The notes below the pieces were generated by a model, which saw only the letters and a list, made by a program, of their open reading frames with translations, was not told where the DNA came from and made no database searches. Positions 8,443-17,705 of a stretch of DNA of 64,000 nt are shown piece by piece. The stretch is from a virus (lineage: Duplodnaviria > Caudoviricetes), in the IMG/VR virus record IMGVR_UViG_3300048691_000224; one strand, given 5' to 3'. The number at the start of each line of letters is the position of its first letter. Positions within the stretch are counted from its first letter, which is position 1. The translations under genes were made by a program, and so were the position numbers.

Positions 8443-8766
8443 TTAGTTGACAACAGACAGTGGAGTAGATGATGCGAGAACGGCTTGTTGTTCTAATTTT
8501 CGGCGAGCCTCAGTGGCTACCCAACTTTTTTCATAAGCGCCTTCATCAAGCAGCTTGAGAGTTCCGATAGCCCGCAACCGCGTCAATCCTTGCAAGACGG
8601 GGTTATTAGACAGGCAATCCGCCAACAGCAGTTCGTACATCTTATTTCGCTGTGTGAGCTGAACCTGAGTTATTTGATCACTGGGTAGTGCATATAGTGC
8701 GATCACGACCCTAAACCAAGCAAAAAATGTTGCTGGAGTTGGGACGATTTTAGTTAGAGAGGCCAT
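8443..8766 (-). CDS. hypothetical protein
   Basis: 107-aa ORF overlapping the upstream gene. Confidence 0.6.
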   Translation of the reverse strand: MASLTKIVPTPATFFAWFRVVIALYALPSDQITQVQLTQRNKMYELLLADCLSNNPVLQGLTRLRAIGTLKLLDEGAYEKSWVATEARRKLEQQAVLASSTPLSVVN

Positions 8767-9124
8767 TTATTTGGACAAAATTTAATGTATCTTCAGGTGC
8801 CCCTACACTCCACACATCAACTGTTTGCTCTCCATCGGGACTCTTGCGAGAGTGTTTGGAAATATCTGTACCAGCAAGAATTGCTGTGTATACCACATCT
8901 TCGCGCTTAGCTAACTTGTTGCTTTTGTATATCCACAGTTCACTGTACCGAGTAGCATCATCTTTGCGTTTATATACCAAGTGAGCGCCTTTAACAGTAC
9001 GGATAGTACCTTGTTTGTTTGGATCATCCTGATCTTCCGTTTGATCATCAACTTGATCTTCTGTGGTGTCAGGGATAGCAGCAAAAGATACGATTGGAGA
9101 TTCTAGGATTTGAAATAATCGCAT
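8750..9124 (-). CDS. conserved jumbo-phage hypothetical protein, possible head-packaged protein
   Basis: GTIRTVKGAHLVYKR...ELWIY...ILAGTDI; late-promoter-like CTAAATA at 9152-9158; N-terminus MRLFQILE/S. Confidence 0.7.
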   Translation of the reverse strand: MRLFQILESPIVSFAAIPDTTEDQVDDQTEDQDDPNKQGTIRTVKGAHLVYKRKDDATRYSELWIYKSNKLAKREDVVYTAILAGTDISKHSRKSPDGEQTVDVWSVGAPEDTLNFVQINGLSN

Positions 9125-9226
9125 AATATTAGATTGTTTTAAGTGTATTACTATTTAGGAGCGTGACTACAAGGATAGTCCGACTAAGTACACCTTGAAT
9201 ATCTCAGCACTCAGCTCAACATACAC

Positions 9227-9559
9227 GTGAAGAAACTACAGACCATTACCCGCAACGGAAAATTACATACCTTTTTTCCGGATGTTTTAATTGACGATCA
9301 CGTGAAAGGTTTTTTAGTAGATCAATCATGCACCCACATAATATTATCACTTGAGGTATTGTGGCAGGACTTTACTACAATCTGCGGAGAGGTGCCGGCG
9401 GCGACACATTACTTCAGTTTGTATATCGCTAGTGTCGTTGAGGAAAGTCTTAGTTCTAAATTTTATACCCACTACGTATCATTACCGACAACACAGGTAC
9501 TCACTAGTGGAGAACCACTAGTGTCGTTTTGCTCGATTGTGAAGAAACATCGCTTGTAA
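9227..9559 (+). CDS. hypothetical protein
   Basis: Only substantial ORF filling the gap; GTG start; convergent overlap with 9518..9835. Confidence 0.45.
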   Translation: MKKLQTITRNGKLHTFFPDVLIDDHVKGFLVDQSCTHIILSLEVLWQDFTTICGEVPAATHYFSLYIASVVEESLSSKFYTHYVSLPTTQVLTSGEPLVSFCSIVKKHRL

Positions 9560-9835
9560 TGATTCGGTAATCACCATGTCGATGTAGCTCTGTCCTAGTT
9601 CTGTCAACTCTCCGACATCATCGATAATACCATACTCAACACACTTCGCTTGAGTTGCAACTACATCCACAACAACGCTCTCAGGGCCTATCGAAATCAA
9701 GTGTTCGGATTCCAAGAGTTTGCCAAAAGACAGTGTCTTGGTGTTAGCATTTACCAAGTTGTAACAATCAATCGCCGAATCTCGTGATTGCCACAGTTGG
9801 GCTAGTAGTGCTAATTGTAAGTCGGACAGTATCAT
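9518..9835 (-). CDS. hypothetical protein
   Basis: 105 aa, ATGA overlap with upstream ORF. Confidence 0.6.
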   Translation of the reverse strand: MILSDLQLALLAQLWQSRDSAIDCYNLVNANTKTLSFGKLLESEHLISIGPESVVVDVVATQAKCVEYGIIDDVGELTELGQSYIDMVITESLQAMFLHNRAKRH

Positions 9836-10203
9836 GGAGTTGGGTGATCGATTACAGCAAGTGTATCTACAACTACATACGCAGTATTGGAGTCTTGTTT
9901 CACTTGATGTGAAATAGACGTCAGTTTGCTTGCAGATTTTTTGCCTTTGAAAATATCGGCGATTGTTGGGACTGTAGTCTTATTTGGCAAGCTATCCAAA
10001 AATTCACCAAATGTTGGCACATCGTGTGCTTCTGTCACTGCTACTTGAGGTTGGTATGATGTGATAATTGGGAATGCTTGTACTACACTCCCTCTAGTAT
10101 CTGCTGAAATAGCATCTGCAATAGAGCGTTCGCTAGTTATGCTGTGGATTGTGTTGTTTACCAACACAACGTATGCTGATGTAGAGTCTGAGAATGATGC
10201 CAT
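9832..10203 (-). CDS. hypothetical late protein
   Basis: 123 aa; GATAAATA late-promoter-like site at 10231-10238 on the minus strand. Confidence 0.65.
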   Translation of the reverse strand: MASFSDSTSAYVVLVNNTIHSITSERSIADAISADTRGSVVQAFPIITSYQPQVAVTEAHDVPTFGEFLDSLPNKTTVPTIADIFKGKKSASKLTSISHQVKQDSNTAYVVVDTLAVIDHPTP

Positions 10204-10255
10204 GGTATGTTACTACTGTAGTTAGTTAATTATTTATCTGCGTGGTGTTAAGAAC

Positions 10256-10570
10256 TCAGAGCCGCAATTCCCACGATTTGTGAAGGATACCTGTGCCGGT
10301 CTTGGATATTTTGTATGATGCTTTCTTGATAAGCATATCCACTAGGTGTTGAGTTTCATCAATCGTTTTCTTGTCGTCCGCAGTGAATGTGAGTGATGTT
10401 CGTTGATAGGGAGGCAACTTCACGATATCCTGAAACTTCTTGCTAGCTGGGATCATCACTTTGAGCTTTTTGTTCATATTAAAAGCAACTATCCCTGTTG
10501 CGAATCCAGCCGCAATTGTTAGCAATGATGTGCTTAGTGCAGATTCCGCGAGTACAGTTTCGAGTCTCAT
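10256..10570 (-). CDS. hypothetical protein
   Basis: 104 aa; N-terminus MRLETVLAE/S followed by a hydrophobic segment. Confidence 0.65.
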   Translation of the reverse strand: MRLETVLAESALSTSLLTIAAGFATGIVAFNMNKKLKVMIPASKKFQDIVKLPPYQRTSLTFTADDKKTIDETQHLVDMLIKKASYKISKTGTGILHKSWELRL

Positions 10571-10582
10571 GTGGTCACAACA

Positions 10583-10876
10583 CTACTTCGATGGGGTTTG
10601 ATTCACCGCATTCAACAGTGATTCTAGCTGGCTAGCGTAAGTCTGCAATTGCACAATTGTGACTCTATACGCAATTACCAACTCTGATACTGAGCTTGTA
10701 GGAGTGATTTTAGCAATTTCTAGGGCGGGGCGGGGTGGCACTACAACCTTGGGTAGATCCAGTGCAACAGGCACTTCAACAACTTGGGTTTCTACTCGAA
10801 CAAACTTAGATTTCGGGAGCGCAAAGCATCCACTGAGTAGTACACACAACACGACGGGTAAAATTATTTTTTCCAT
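10583..10876 (-). CDS. outer-membrane spanin (o-spanin, Rz1-like lipoprotein)
   Basis: Signal peptide with lipobox LSGC, Pro-rich body, overlaps the 3' end of the i-spanin. Confidence 0.8.
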   Translation of the reverse strand: MEKIILPVVLCVLLSGCFALPKSKFVRVETQVVEVPVALDLPKVVVPPRPALEIAKITPTSSVSELVIAYRVTIVQLQTYASQLESLLNAVNQTPSK

Positions 10877-11292
10877 TGTAAGGCCTCTAGGTTTCTTAGC
10901 ACACTAATTGCATCAACACAAGTAAGGGCAATATTTTCATCCTGGCGAATAGTCGCAATCTTGCGGTTGCCATCGACAACCACTCGTTGGTTGGACTTTT
11001 CAGCAGTGGTTACTCTCGTTTGTTGCTCAATAACTTGGGTCTTGAGTTTGTTGACAGCCGCATTTTGGAGTGCTATTGTGTCTCGGAAGCTATCTGCTTG
11101 TTGGGTATTCAACTCTGAAGCAACAATTAAATCTGTTTCTTGTTGTTTAACTTTGACTTCGAGTTTAGATACCACTGATTGTGAGTGTTGCAGCATACCA
11201 TACATGACGATAATGACTATCGAACATACGCCATACCCCCAGGCGGCGAGTGGTACTCGTCTTAATAAAGATACAATTATTGATATACTCAT
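10864..11292 (-). CDS. inner-membrane spanin (i-spanin, Rz-like)
   Basis: N-terminal transmembrane helix then coiled coil; TATAAATA late promoter at 11322-11329. Confidence 0.75.
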   Translation of the reverse strand: MSISIIVSLLRRVPLAAWGYGVCSIVIIVMYGMLQHSQSVVSKLEVKVKQQETDLIVASELNTQQADSFRDTIALQNAAVNKLKTQVIEQQTRVTTAEKSNQRVVVDGNRKIATIRQDENIALTCVDAISVLRNLEALQWKK

Positions 11293-11337
11293 GTGCGTAT
11301 GGCCACTGTTGGTCTGTGGTCTATTTATACAAAAGCG

Positions 11338-12291
11338 TCAAAACGAGAAGTCAGACTCATACGCCTTACTTTGGCGAGTGGGGACTTGTCTGGGAATCGA
11401 ATCGAACATATTATGCAGCATATTGTCAACCAACATACCAACGTGGCGTTGCCTATCAATTTTATCAAAGAATTCATCCTTGAACCACTGAGGAATCATC
11501 TCCTCATCTGTCGGGACAGCAATCGCCTTAAACATACGACCGGCGTGTTCCATTTCATATTTTAGTTTGAAAATCTTAATTTTCATACCACTCGATATTA
11601 ACAGCGACTCAGTATCTCCCGCAGCTTGTCTAAAATCATTATATAAAATTGCTGCTGATACATGGCCGGGTAGGCGTGTAGTTGGGTAGTCTCTAAACGA
11701 GGCTGTGTACTGTTCAATTCCCTTGATACCTTTTGGAAGGCCGAGATCCATTAGATCAATCTCATCAATCATTTCATCACGATATTCCATGATAAAATCA
11801 TCTAGCTCTTCATCAGGGGTTCCTGTAAGCATTTTGTGACACGTAGATCGCAGGAATGCTTTGACGGGGCGGGGGGTCGTAGTCTTGCGCATGTCGACCC
11901 CCATAGCCTTCAGTTCATCCTTGGCCTTGCCTTCTTTGTCGATCACATGGATGACATACCGCTTCTTCTGAATGAAAAATCCTTTATCAGCAACCAATTC
12001 TCTACCAGTTTTAATGTGCTGGTCGAACCCGGGTTGTACCAAGAATGCTGATCGATTGTACGCGGGGAATGAGGCATTGATCTCATGACCTATCTTGTCA
12101 GCAATCTTAACTACAAGGTTTGGATTGGCATTGGGTGGGATTATCTCACTGAGTGAACAATACAAACTGTTGTGCACCAATATACCGTTGGCGAAAAAAT
12201 TATGTACCCCATCAACCTCAATGTCGTACACATCAAGCTCTTGTAGACCCAAATCAATAATTTCAAAATTATCTGTCTCAACTATATTCAT
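11338..12291 (-). CDS. split-intein C fragment (41 aa) fused to the C-terminal part of family-B DNA polymerase
   Basis: VYDIEVDGVHNFFANGILVHN then +1 Ser; followed by PolB motifs KKRY, KAMGVDMRKTTTP, PGHVSAAILYN. Confidence 0.92.
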   Translation of the reverse strand: MNIVETDNFEIIDLGLQELDVYDIEVDGVHNFFANGILVHNSLYCSLSEIIPPNANPNLVVKIADKIGHEINASFPAYNRSAFLVQPGFDQHIKTGRELVADKGFFIQKKRYVIHVIDKEGKAKDELKAMGVDMRKTTTPRPVKAFLRSTCHKMLTGTPDEELDDFIMEYRDEMIDEIDLMDLGLPKGIKGIEQYTASFRDYPTTRLPGHVSAAILYNDFRQAAGDTESLLISSGMKIKIFKLKYEMEHAGRMFKAIAVPTDEEMIPQWFKDEFFDKIDRQRHVGMLVDNMLHNMFDSIPRQVPTRQSKAYESDFSF

Positions 12292-12298
12292 CTATTTT

Positions 12299-13372
12299 TT
12301 ACTCTTCAGGGGGATCACGAGGTGGTAGTTTATATTCTGCACGTATTATGTCAAGCACGTGGCTGGGATCACGATCAAAATCTCGCTCCCACACTACTAT
12401 AGTGCGATAGTTCCGGCTTTGTATGTGGGCAAGTTTTTTAGCGTCTGCGTCCCAACACTGAGATGCGGTTTTTCTGCCTCTACCGCGGAGTGCTTTTGGG
12501 AAGTCGGTTGGACCATATAGCGTTGGATTCCCATGATAGTGATCCCCGTTGAATTCTATACAAATCTTGTGGTTGGTATCAACGTAATCATATTTGTAAA
12601 ATCGTCTACCCAACGGGTCAAATGACCCAAATTCGGTATTTTTTGTGGCGTAATATACGTGCTCATCCGGAAGCTGTAAGTCATTGACTATTAAGTCGAA
12701 CAATACTTGCGACTTTACGGAATAAAAGTTAAATTGATTTGAGAACTTCTCAACCAATTTCTGAGTAGCAAGCTCAATATCCCCATACCGTTGGATATAG
12801 TTGTCAATTGTGTGGGCTTTAGATTTACATAGCGCATCCCATACTACCAACCCCTCATCCACCCCATGCTTGTCCTGGAACCACTGTAGGGATACTCCTG
12901 CAGTTCGTTGCTTCTCGACATAACTGGTCCATCTAAGCAACCCCTCTTGTTCACCATGGCGGGCGATCATTCTTTCTTTAGTCTGCTTTCTGGTTGAGTT
13001 GTATTCATCAAACTGATCGAGGGTCCACCCATGTGTACGCGATTTATACACAAATGTATTTTTTTCAGCCATGAATGCCCGACGTGCGGCCCATTTTGCA
13101 TCTGCGTAAGCGCCGTATGATAATACGTAGCGGTCATATGTGTGGGATAACCCTCCTTTATGCTCAATAACAATCCTCCAATACCGATCAAACATATTAG
13201 GTTCGATCTTATGAATTTCATATTTCAAGAAGTTATACGTAAACTTGTGGTGATTTTTGTTCCCACTATCTTCCAATTGCTTACTCAGTTGCTGGTATTT
13301 AATTAAGTCGATATCTGATATGTCTAGGTTGAATGTAGTTGCTTTATTGCGTAGTGTTCGTAAGGTTAGCAT
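12299..13372 (-). mobile_element. free-standing Vsr/DUF559-like homing endonuclease inside the fractured polymerase gene
   Basis: C-terminal YDYVD...IEFNGDHYH...DAKK...IVVWE; sits exactly between the intein halves; GTAAATA at 13398-13404 upstream. Confidence 0.8.
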
Positions 13373-13374
13373 GT

Positions 13375-15870
13375 TTATGGAGATACAGATTCGGGGGTAT
13401 TTACACTAATCAACTTATCCCCCCTTACTATATTCATCGGTGTTGTGCTTATTATTTCAGTGCCGCGGCGGACTATAATGGAGTGATCAGCTGTTATAGT
13501 AACCGATGCTCCATTTACCCTAACCTCAAACATGCGTTTTTTGACAGTATGTTTCATGACATAATTAATGGGTTTGGTTACTGGGTTGGACCCATCAAAA
13601 CCCACACTCGTTGAGCCGACTACTCGCTTGACATAATTGTTGGTAATCGGGTCGTGTTTTATGAAATCACCTGGCTGCTCCTCGTAAAACTGGGCAATAG
13701 TTTTTTGAATTCCGTTTACATAAATCGCGGTACCCCCAACAACCGAGTCGGTGTCGCCATAGATCAGACATGGGCTTGCAATCTCGTTGTTGATCGCCCG
13801 TGGGTCTTCATCACTAGTAATTGGGTTGATGTTGTAATCTCCATCTATAATTTCACAACCCTTGCGAATTTGGTGCCCGAGTATGCACCTACCTGTTGCA
13901 GTCACTGATTGCCCCATCCGCTTATCATAGAACCGGAAATTTTGATTGAGTAATGCACCGTATGCTGAATTGAGCTTAATTTTCATCGCATATTGCGTCA
14001 TATCTGCGAATTCATACTCTGTCTGCAGTAATGCCGCTTGATGAGCATCAGTCGTTGCTGCTATGGCACCCAATACTTGTTTGGATTGAGCTTGGAATTG
14101 CTTCCTTGTCGAATACCACCTACCGAGTAATGCTGGAATGATGCCTTCAACATCTTGGCGGAAAACTGTACCGTACCCTGAAATGGCATACTTCAGTTCA
14201 ATGAGATGCTCCTTCCACATTCTAGCTGACTTAGTTTCTACTTCCTGAGTTTTTTCCCATCTAAATGTTAATTGGGCGGTTGACCCAGCATTAATCTCAG
14301 TCCACGCAGACTCAAACTCACTGAATTGTCCGATTAACGTCTCGGGTGAAATGTTGACGGTGCGGATTGTATTTGGGTATAGAGAATTTATATCATAACA
14401 AACTATCCAGTTATGCATACCAGTTTGCGGAACTAACACATATGCACCGGCAGCTTGCCCTTGTTCGTCTAGCTGTTTTGTATCAGGGACCCGAACATTT
14501 AACTCGTACCAACAGTAATTATTGATAGCCATCTCTGCAGACCGGACAGTACCCACAATGTTTTTGAAATGGCACGTAGATTCATGAATTAGTGTATTAG
14601 CTAAATTTATAAATTTATACTTCTTATCTAACTCTCGAAGAATTTCAGTGTCACGGCAATTGTACCTCACAAACTTACTAAAGTTGTTGTTGTACAGATG
14701 GTGCAGAGTGCCTTCGTAATCCAACTTCTTGAATCGCTCGCCGAGATGGTCCTGGGAAACAGTTTCCAAGTTCCACGAGTCTCGATCCTCGACTGTAAAC
14801 TTCTTGAATAACTCCATGTAGTCGAGTGTGACGCGGCCATCAAACTGAACAAATAATTGCTCTTGGAAGAATACTTCTTTGGTCTGGAACCACGGCGCTT
14901 TACCTTTTGGAAATGACAGCATCTGCAACCACTCTTTGCCTAACACAATCTCCACTCGTTTAGCGAAGTATGGATCATCAAATCGTGAGGAGTTCCAACC
15001 AGACAACAAATCTGATTGTTGAATTTCCTCAACGGACCGAGTGAGTAGCTCAGTCTCATTTTTACAGAACACAATTGTAACCTTGGAATCAATATCTTCA
15101 AATAAACTGTAGTCAAACAGTTCTTCGACATTGCATCCTGTCCAGGACTTGGGTGGGACAGAAAAGATGACGTACTCGTCTTTCCAGGTGTGGTAGAACG
15201 CAATTGAGTTTAGTGGTGCGTATGGATCGAGTGGTGAGCTGAAACCGATTGGCCCATCGTATGTGTACAATGAATTTTTAACCGCCACCCACTTCTTTAC
15301 CGGCTCATCCCACACCTCAACATCAGGATCGCTCCTATAATCGCGAAGGTCCCAAACTGTAGCTTCGAAGGATTCTGAACCAATATTGCGAAGTTTGATT
15401 TTATGGTCCGCGTCGTACTTTTTGGGCCGGTAATCTACCTCGATGTCATAGTATGTTGTGTTGATGTGAGGCAATTCACATTTATAATACAGCGCACTCA
15501 GCGCCTTTAGTTCAGGTGGAATGTCGCTCTCAAATAAATCAACATCGATTGGTTTGCTATCTAGAAACTTCGACATCTCCTTCTTATTTGAGAATTCTAG
15601 TTCATACAAATCATCACCAAACATTGATTGATATTTGGTAGTTTCATCAATTGCAGTAGTACCAAGCCCCAGAAACTTTTTTAACACTCCATCAGGCGTT
15701 CCTTCTTCTACCGAATCACTAAACTCAGCGTGGGTTGAGTACCAGTCGCTACACTTGATGTAGCAATTGTACAGCGCCCTGACTGTCTTAATCGTCGGGG
15801 CGTGGTTAGGTGTCAGGCGTTGTTCCCAGATGGTTACGTGATCGAAGTGTCTACTAGCTGCAATGTACAT
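13375..15870 (-). CDS. family-B DNA polymerase N-terminal part (gp43-like) fused to split-intein N fragment (123 aa)
   Basis: Exonuclease motifs YDIEV and GWNSSRFD; YDINSLYP, KIKLNSAYG, YGDTD; then SVVGGTAIYV...VTITADHSIIV intein blocks A and B from 13746. Confidence 0.95.
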   Translation of the reverse strand: MYIAASRHFDHVTIWEQRLTPNHAPTIKTVRALYNCYIKCSDWYSTHAEFSDSVEEGTPDGVLKKFLGLGTTAIDETTKYQSMFGDDLYELEFSNKKEMSKFLDSKPIDVDLFESDIPPELKALSALYYKCELPHINTTYYDIEVDYRPKKYDADHKIKLRNIGSESFEATVWDLRDYRSDPDVEVWDEPVKKWVAVKNSLYTYDGPIGFSSPLDPYAPLNSIAFYHTWKDEYVIFSVPPKSWTGCNVEELFDYSLFEDIDSKVTIVFCKNETELLTRSVEEIQQSDLLSGWNSSRFDDPYFAKRVEIVLGKEWLQMLSFPKGKAPWFQTKEVFFQEQLFVQFDGRVTLDYMELFKKFTVEDRDSWNLETVSQDHLGERFKKLDYEGTLHHLYNNNFSKFVRYNCRDTEILRELDKKYKFINLANTLIHESTCHFKNIVGTVRSAEMAINNYCWYELNVRVPDTKQLDEQGQAAGAYVLVPQTGMHNWIVCYDINSLYPNTIRTVNISPETLIGQFSEFESAWTEINAGSTAQLTFRWEKTQEVETKSARMWKEHLIELKYAISGYGTVFRQDVEGIIPALLGRWYSTRKQFQAQSKQVLGAIAATTDAHQAALLQTEYEFADMTQYAMKIKLNSAYGALLNQNFRFYDKRMGQSVTATGRCILGHQIRKGCEIIDGDYNINPITSDEDPRAINNEIASPCLIYGDTDSVVGGTAIYVNGIQKTIAQFYEEQPGDFIKHDPITNNYVKRVVGSTSVGFDGSNPVTKPINYVMKHTVKKRMFEVRVNGASVTITADHSIIVRRGTEIISTTPMNIVRGDKLISVNTPESVSP

Positions 15871-15904
15871 TGATTTGGGTGTTTTGTATACTAAGAAAAG
15901 ATAA

Positions 15905-15931
15905 AACTCACCTAATATTATCAGGTGAGTT
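15905..15931 (-). terminator. probable intrinsic terminator after queD
   Basis: 9-bp stem AACTCACCT/AGGTGAGTT followed on the minus strand by TTATCTTTT. Confidence 0.55.
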
Positions 15932-15959
15932 GTGAGTTGTTAGCTAGATTGTAGTAGGA

Positions 15960-16475
15960 TTAAAATTCAGAGAGTAGATCTTCATTCCACTCTCTGTGAC
16001 CTTCCCGAAAGGCCATATTCGCTTGTGTTTCACGGACCTCAACTTTATAGCACCAGAGCCGCTCAGCTTCGCTTTGCCCCAACATGTCGGGAATGTAAAC
16101 GCCATTGACGTATTTGTATAACATGTCTGCCAATCCTTCACAGCCCAATCTAGGGAGGATCGTTAGCTTAGCAATGCCTGCACTCTGCATTGCTTCATAG
16201 AGCGTAATATATGGATCATCCTGGGCGACTAGTAGTGTATGGTCAAATTGATCTGCCAAAACTTGTTTTAATTCTTTGAGGCCGCCATAGTCACAAACCC
16301 AGTTTCTTTTGTCAAGATCATTTGTACCGAAGTAAAACTTCATTGAAAAACAGTACCCGTGTACAGTGTTGCACCAGGTGTCTGATTTCCACTGGCGATA
16401 TGCACACGGGAATGCGTCAACGTACTCTTTTGTGGATGTGAATTTGTATGCGATTGGCTGATGTTGTGGGGTCAT
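15960..16475 (-). CDS. queD: 6-carboxy-5,6,7,8-tetrahydropterin synthase
   Basis: CAYRQW...CNTVHGY, NWVCDYGGLKELK, FDHTLL, GCEGLA motifs. Confidence 0.85.
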   Translation of the reverse strand: MTPQHQPIAYKFTSTKEYVDAFPCAYRQWKSDTWCNTVHGYCFSMKFYFGTNDLDKRNWVCDYGGLKELKQVLADQFDHTLLVAQDDPYITLYEAMQSAGIAKLTILPRLGCEGLADMLYKYVNGVYIPDMLGQSEAERLWCYKVEVRETQANMAFREGHREWNEDLLSEF

Positions 16476-17437
16476 TGTAATCTTTCTGTAGTATAGTTAA
16501 TAAATTCGCTCAGAACTTCTACTGTTTGTTGCTCCGTGAAGTCAGATCGGACGACAAAGACTTTGTACCCTCGATCTTCAGCCATTTGTATTTTAGCTTG
16601 GTCTTTTGAATATTTTTGTGCATATGTCATGCCAGTTATCTCCATCAGCTCATCAGGAAATTCCTCAGCTTGCTGTTTAGTTGGGTGCCACCGAAATCCA
16701 TCATACTCTAAAATTGATTTGGCTTCACGTACACAGAAATCATAAAAATTAACACCACTCTTAGAACTCAAAAACCACTCACATTTGGATTTGTCGGAGG
16801 AACTTCTGTAATACAGCGAGTAATTTAATAGCCATGGATTTTCCAACAACACTCGATCGATTAGTATTTCAGCTTCCTTCGAATGGCCGATAGACTTGAA
16901 AATTTTCTGGAGGTAACGGGCGTATAATTCGTGACCAAGCTCACCATGCTTGTCGATGTAAATTTGGAGCTTTGTTTTATTACCATATCGCTCTTTTTTG
17001 GTTGCGGATGATTTCGCAGCTCTCGTCGTGATGTGGTATTGCCGTTCTGTCTCAGATAGATTGGACCAATACTTATCAATAGCAGCTTTTCGTTTTGCAT
17101 GCATTGCATCTACCGCAACCTCTCCACCACTTGCTCGGACTAGAGCGACAGTGTTCTTCTTAGCGACAGTGTCCTGCCATTTTTTTCTACCTAACTCTTC
17201 ACCCCACCTAGCAATCATATTTTCTTCCGACTGCCTGGATTTATTCACATGATTATTAAATCTAGTTAAACCATCTAGTGGATATCTCCACACAAACCAC
17301 TCCTTGGTTAGTCGTGTATACGGGTGAGTGGCGTAAGTTTGTGCTCGTATAGCCAATCGCCGTTGGGTAGCCTCAAATTTCTCAACCCCTCGATCGTTAC
17401 CATATTTATCGATGTAGTCTTGTACCGTCATTACCAT
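16472..17437 (-). mobile_element. free-standing Vsr-like homing endonuclease, paralogue of 12299..13372
   Basis: FYDF...ILEYDGFRWH...KDQAK...GYKVFVV; shared ENMIARWGEELG / ERMIARHGEQEG repeat motif. Confidence 0.7.
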
Positions 17438-17476
17438 ATCCGTGCTCCTAATTAAAAGAGTATTTATACACGGATA
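17437..17476 (-). promoter_or_regulatory. late promoter TATAAATA (17461-17468) within a hairpin that occludes the endonuclease SD and start
   Basis: 8-bp inverted repeat at 17437-17444 / 17469-17476; AGGAG SD can pair with CTCTT in the loop. Confidence 0.75.
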
Positions 17477-17522
17477 CTAATTATAGGTAGCACGTTAGGG
17501 TCATAATTATTTGCAGTATACT

Positions 17523-17705
17523 TTAATCAGTTGAGTTATCAGTATGGAGGTCAGGATTCAGATCTTCTTCAATTTCTTCGTGGTCGGACCACTCAACGTT
17601 CGGTTGTTTTGTGCCGAATATTCTATCCCAACCTGTTCGATATGAGTCTGATGCTTTCTTGGAAATCAGTGCGTCACCAGTGATGTCATTGCGGGCTGTG
17701 GTCAT
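17523..17705 (-). CDS. small conserved phage protein (60 aa)
   Basis: Start reassigned to MTTARNDITGD...YRTGWDRIFG, with ATGA overlap on the folE stop. Confidence 0.65.
   Translation of the reverse strand: MTTARNDITGDALISKKASDSYRTGWDRIFGTKQPNVEWSDHEEIEEDLNPDLHTDNSTD

Noticed and set aside
12299-13372. Group I intron explanation for the pol and nrdB interruptions
   Set aside because: Both flanks carry protein-splicing motifs (Ser/Cys1, block B His, terminal HN/GN plus Ser/Cys+1). The gaps around the endonuclease ORFs (at most about 60 nt, some overlapping) are too short for ribozyme cores.
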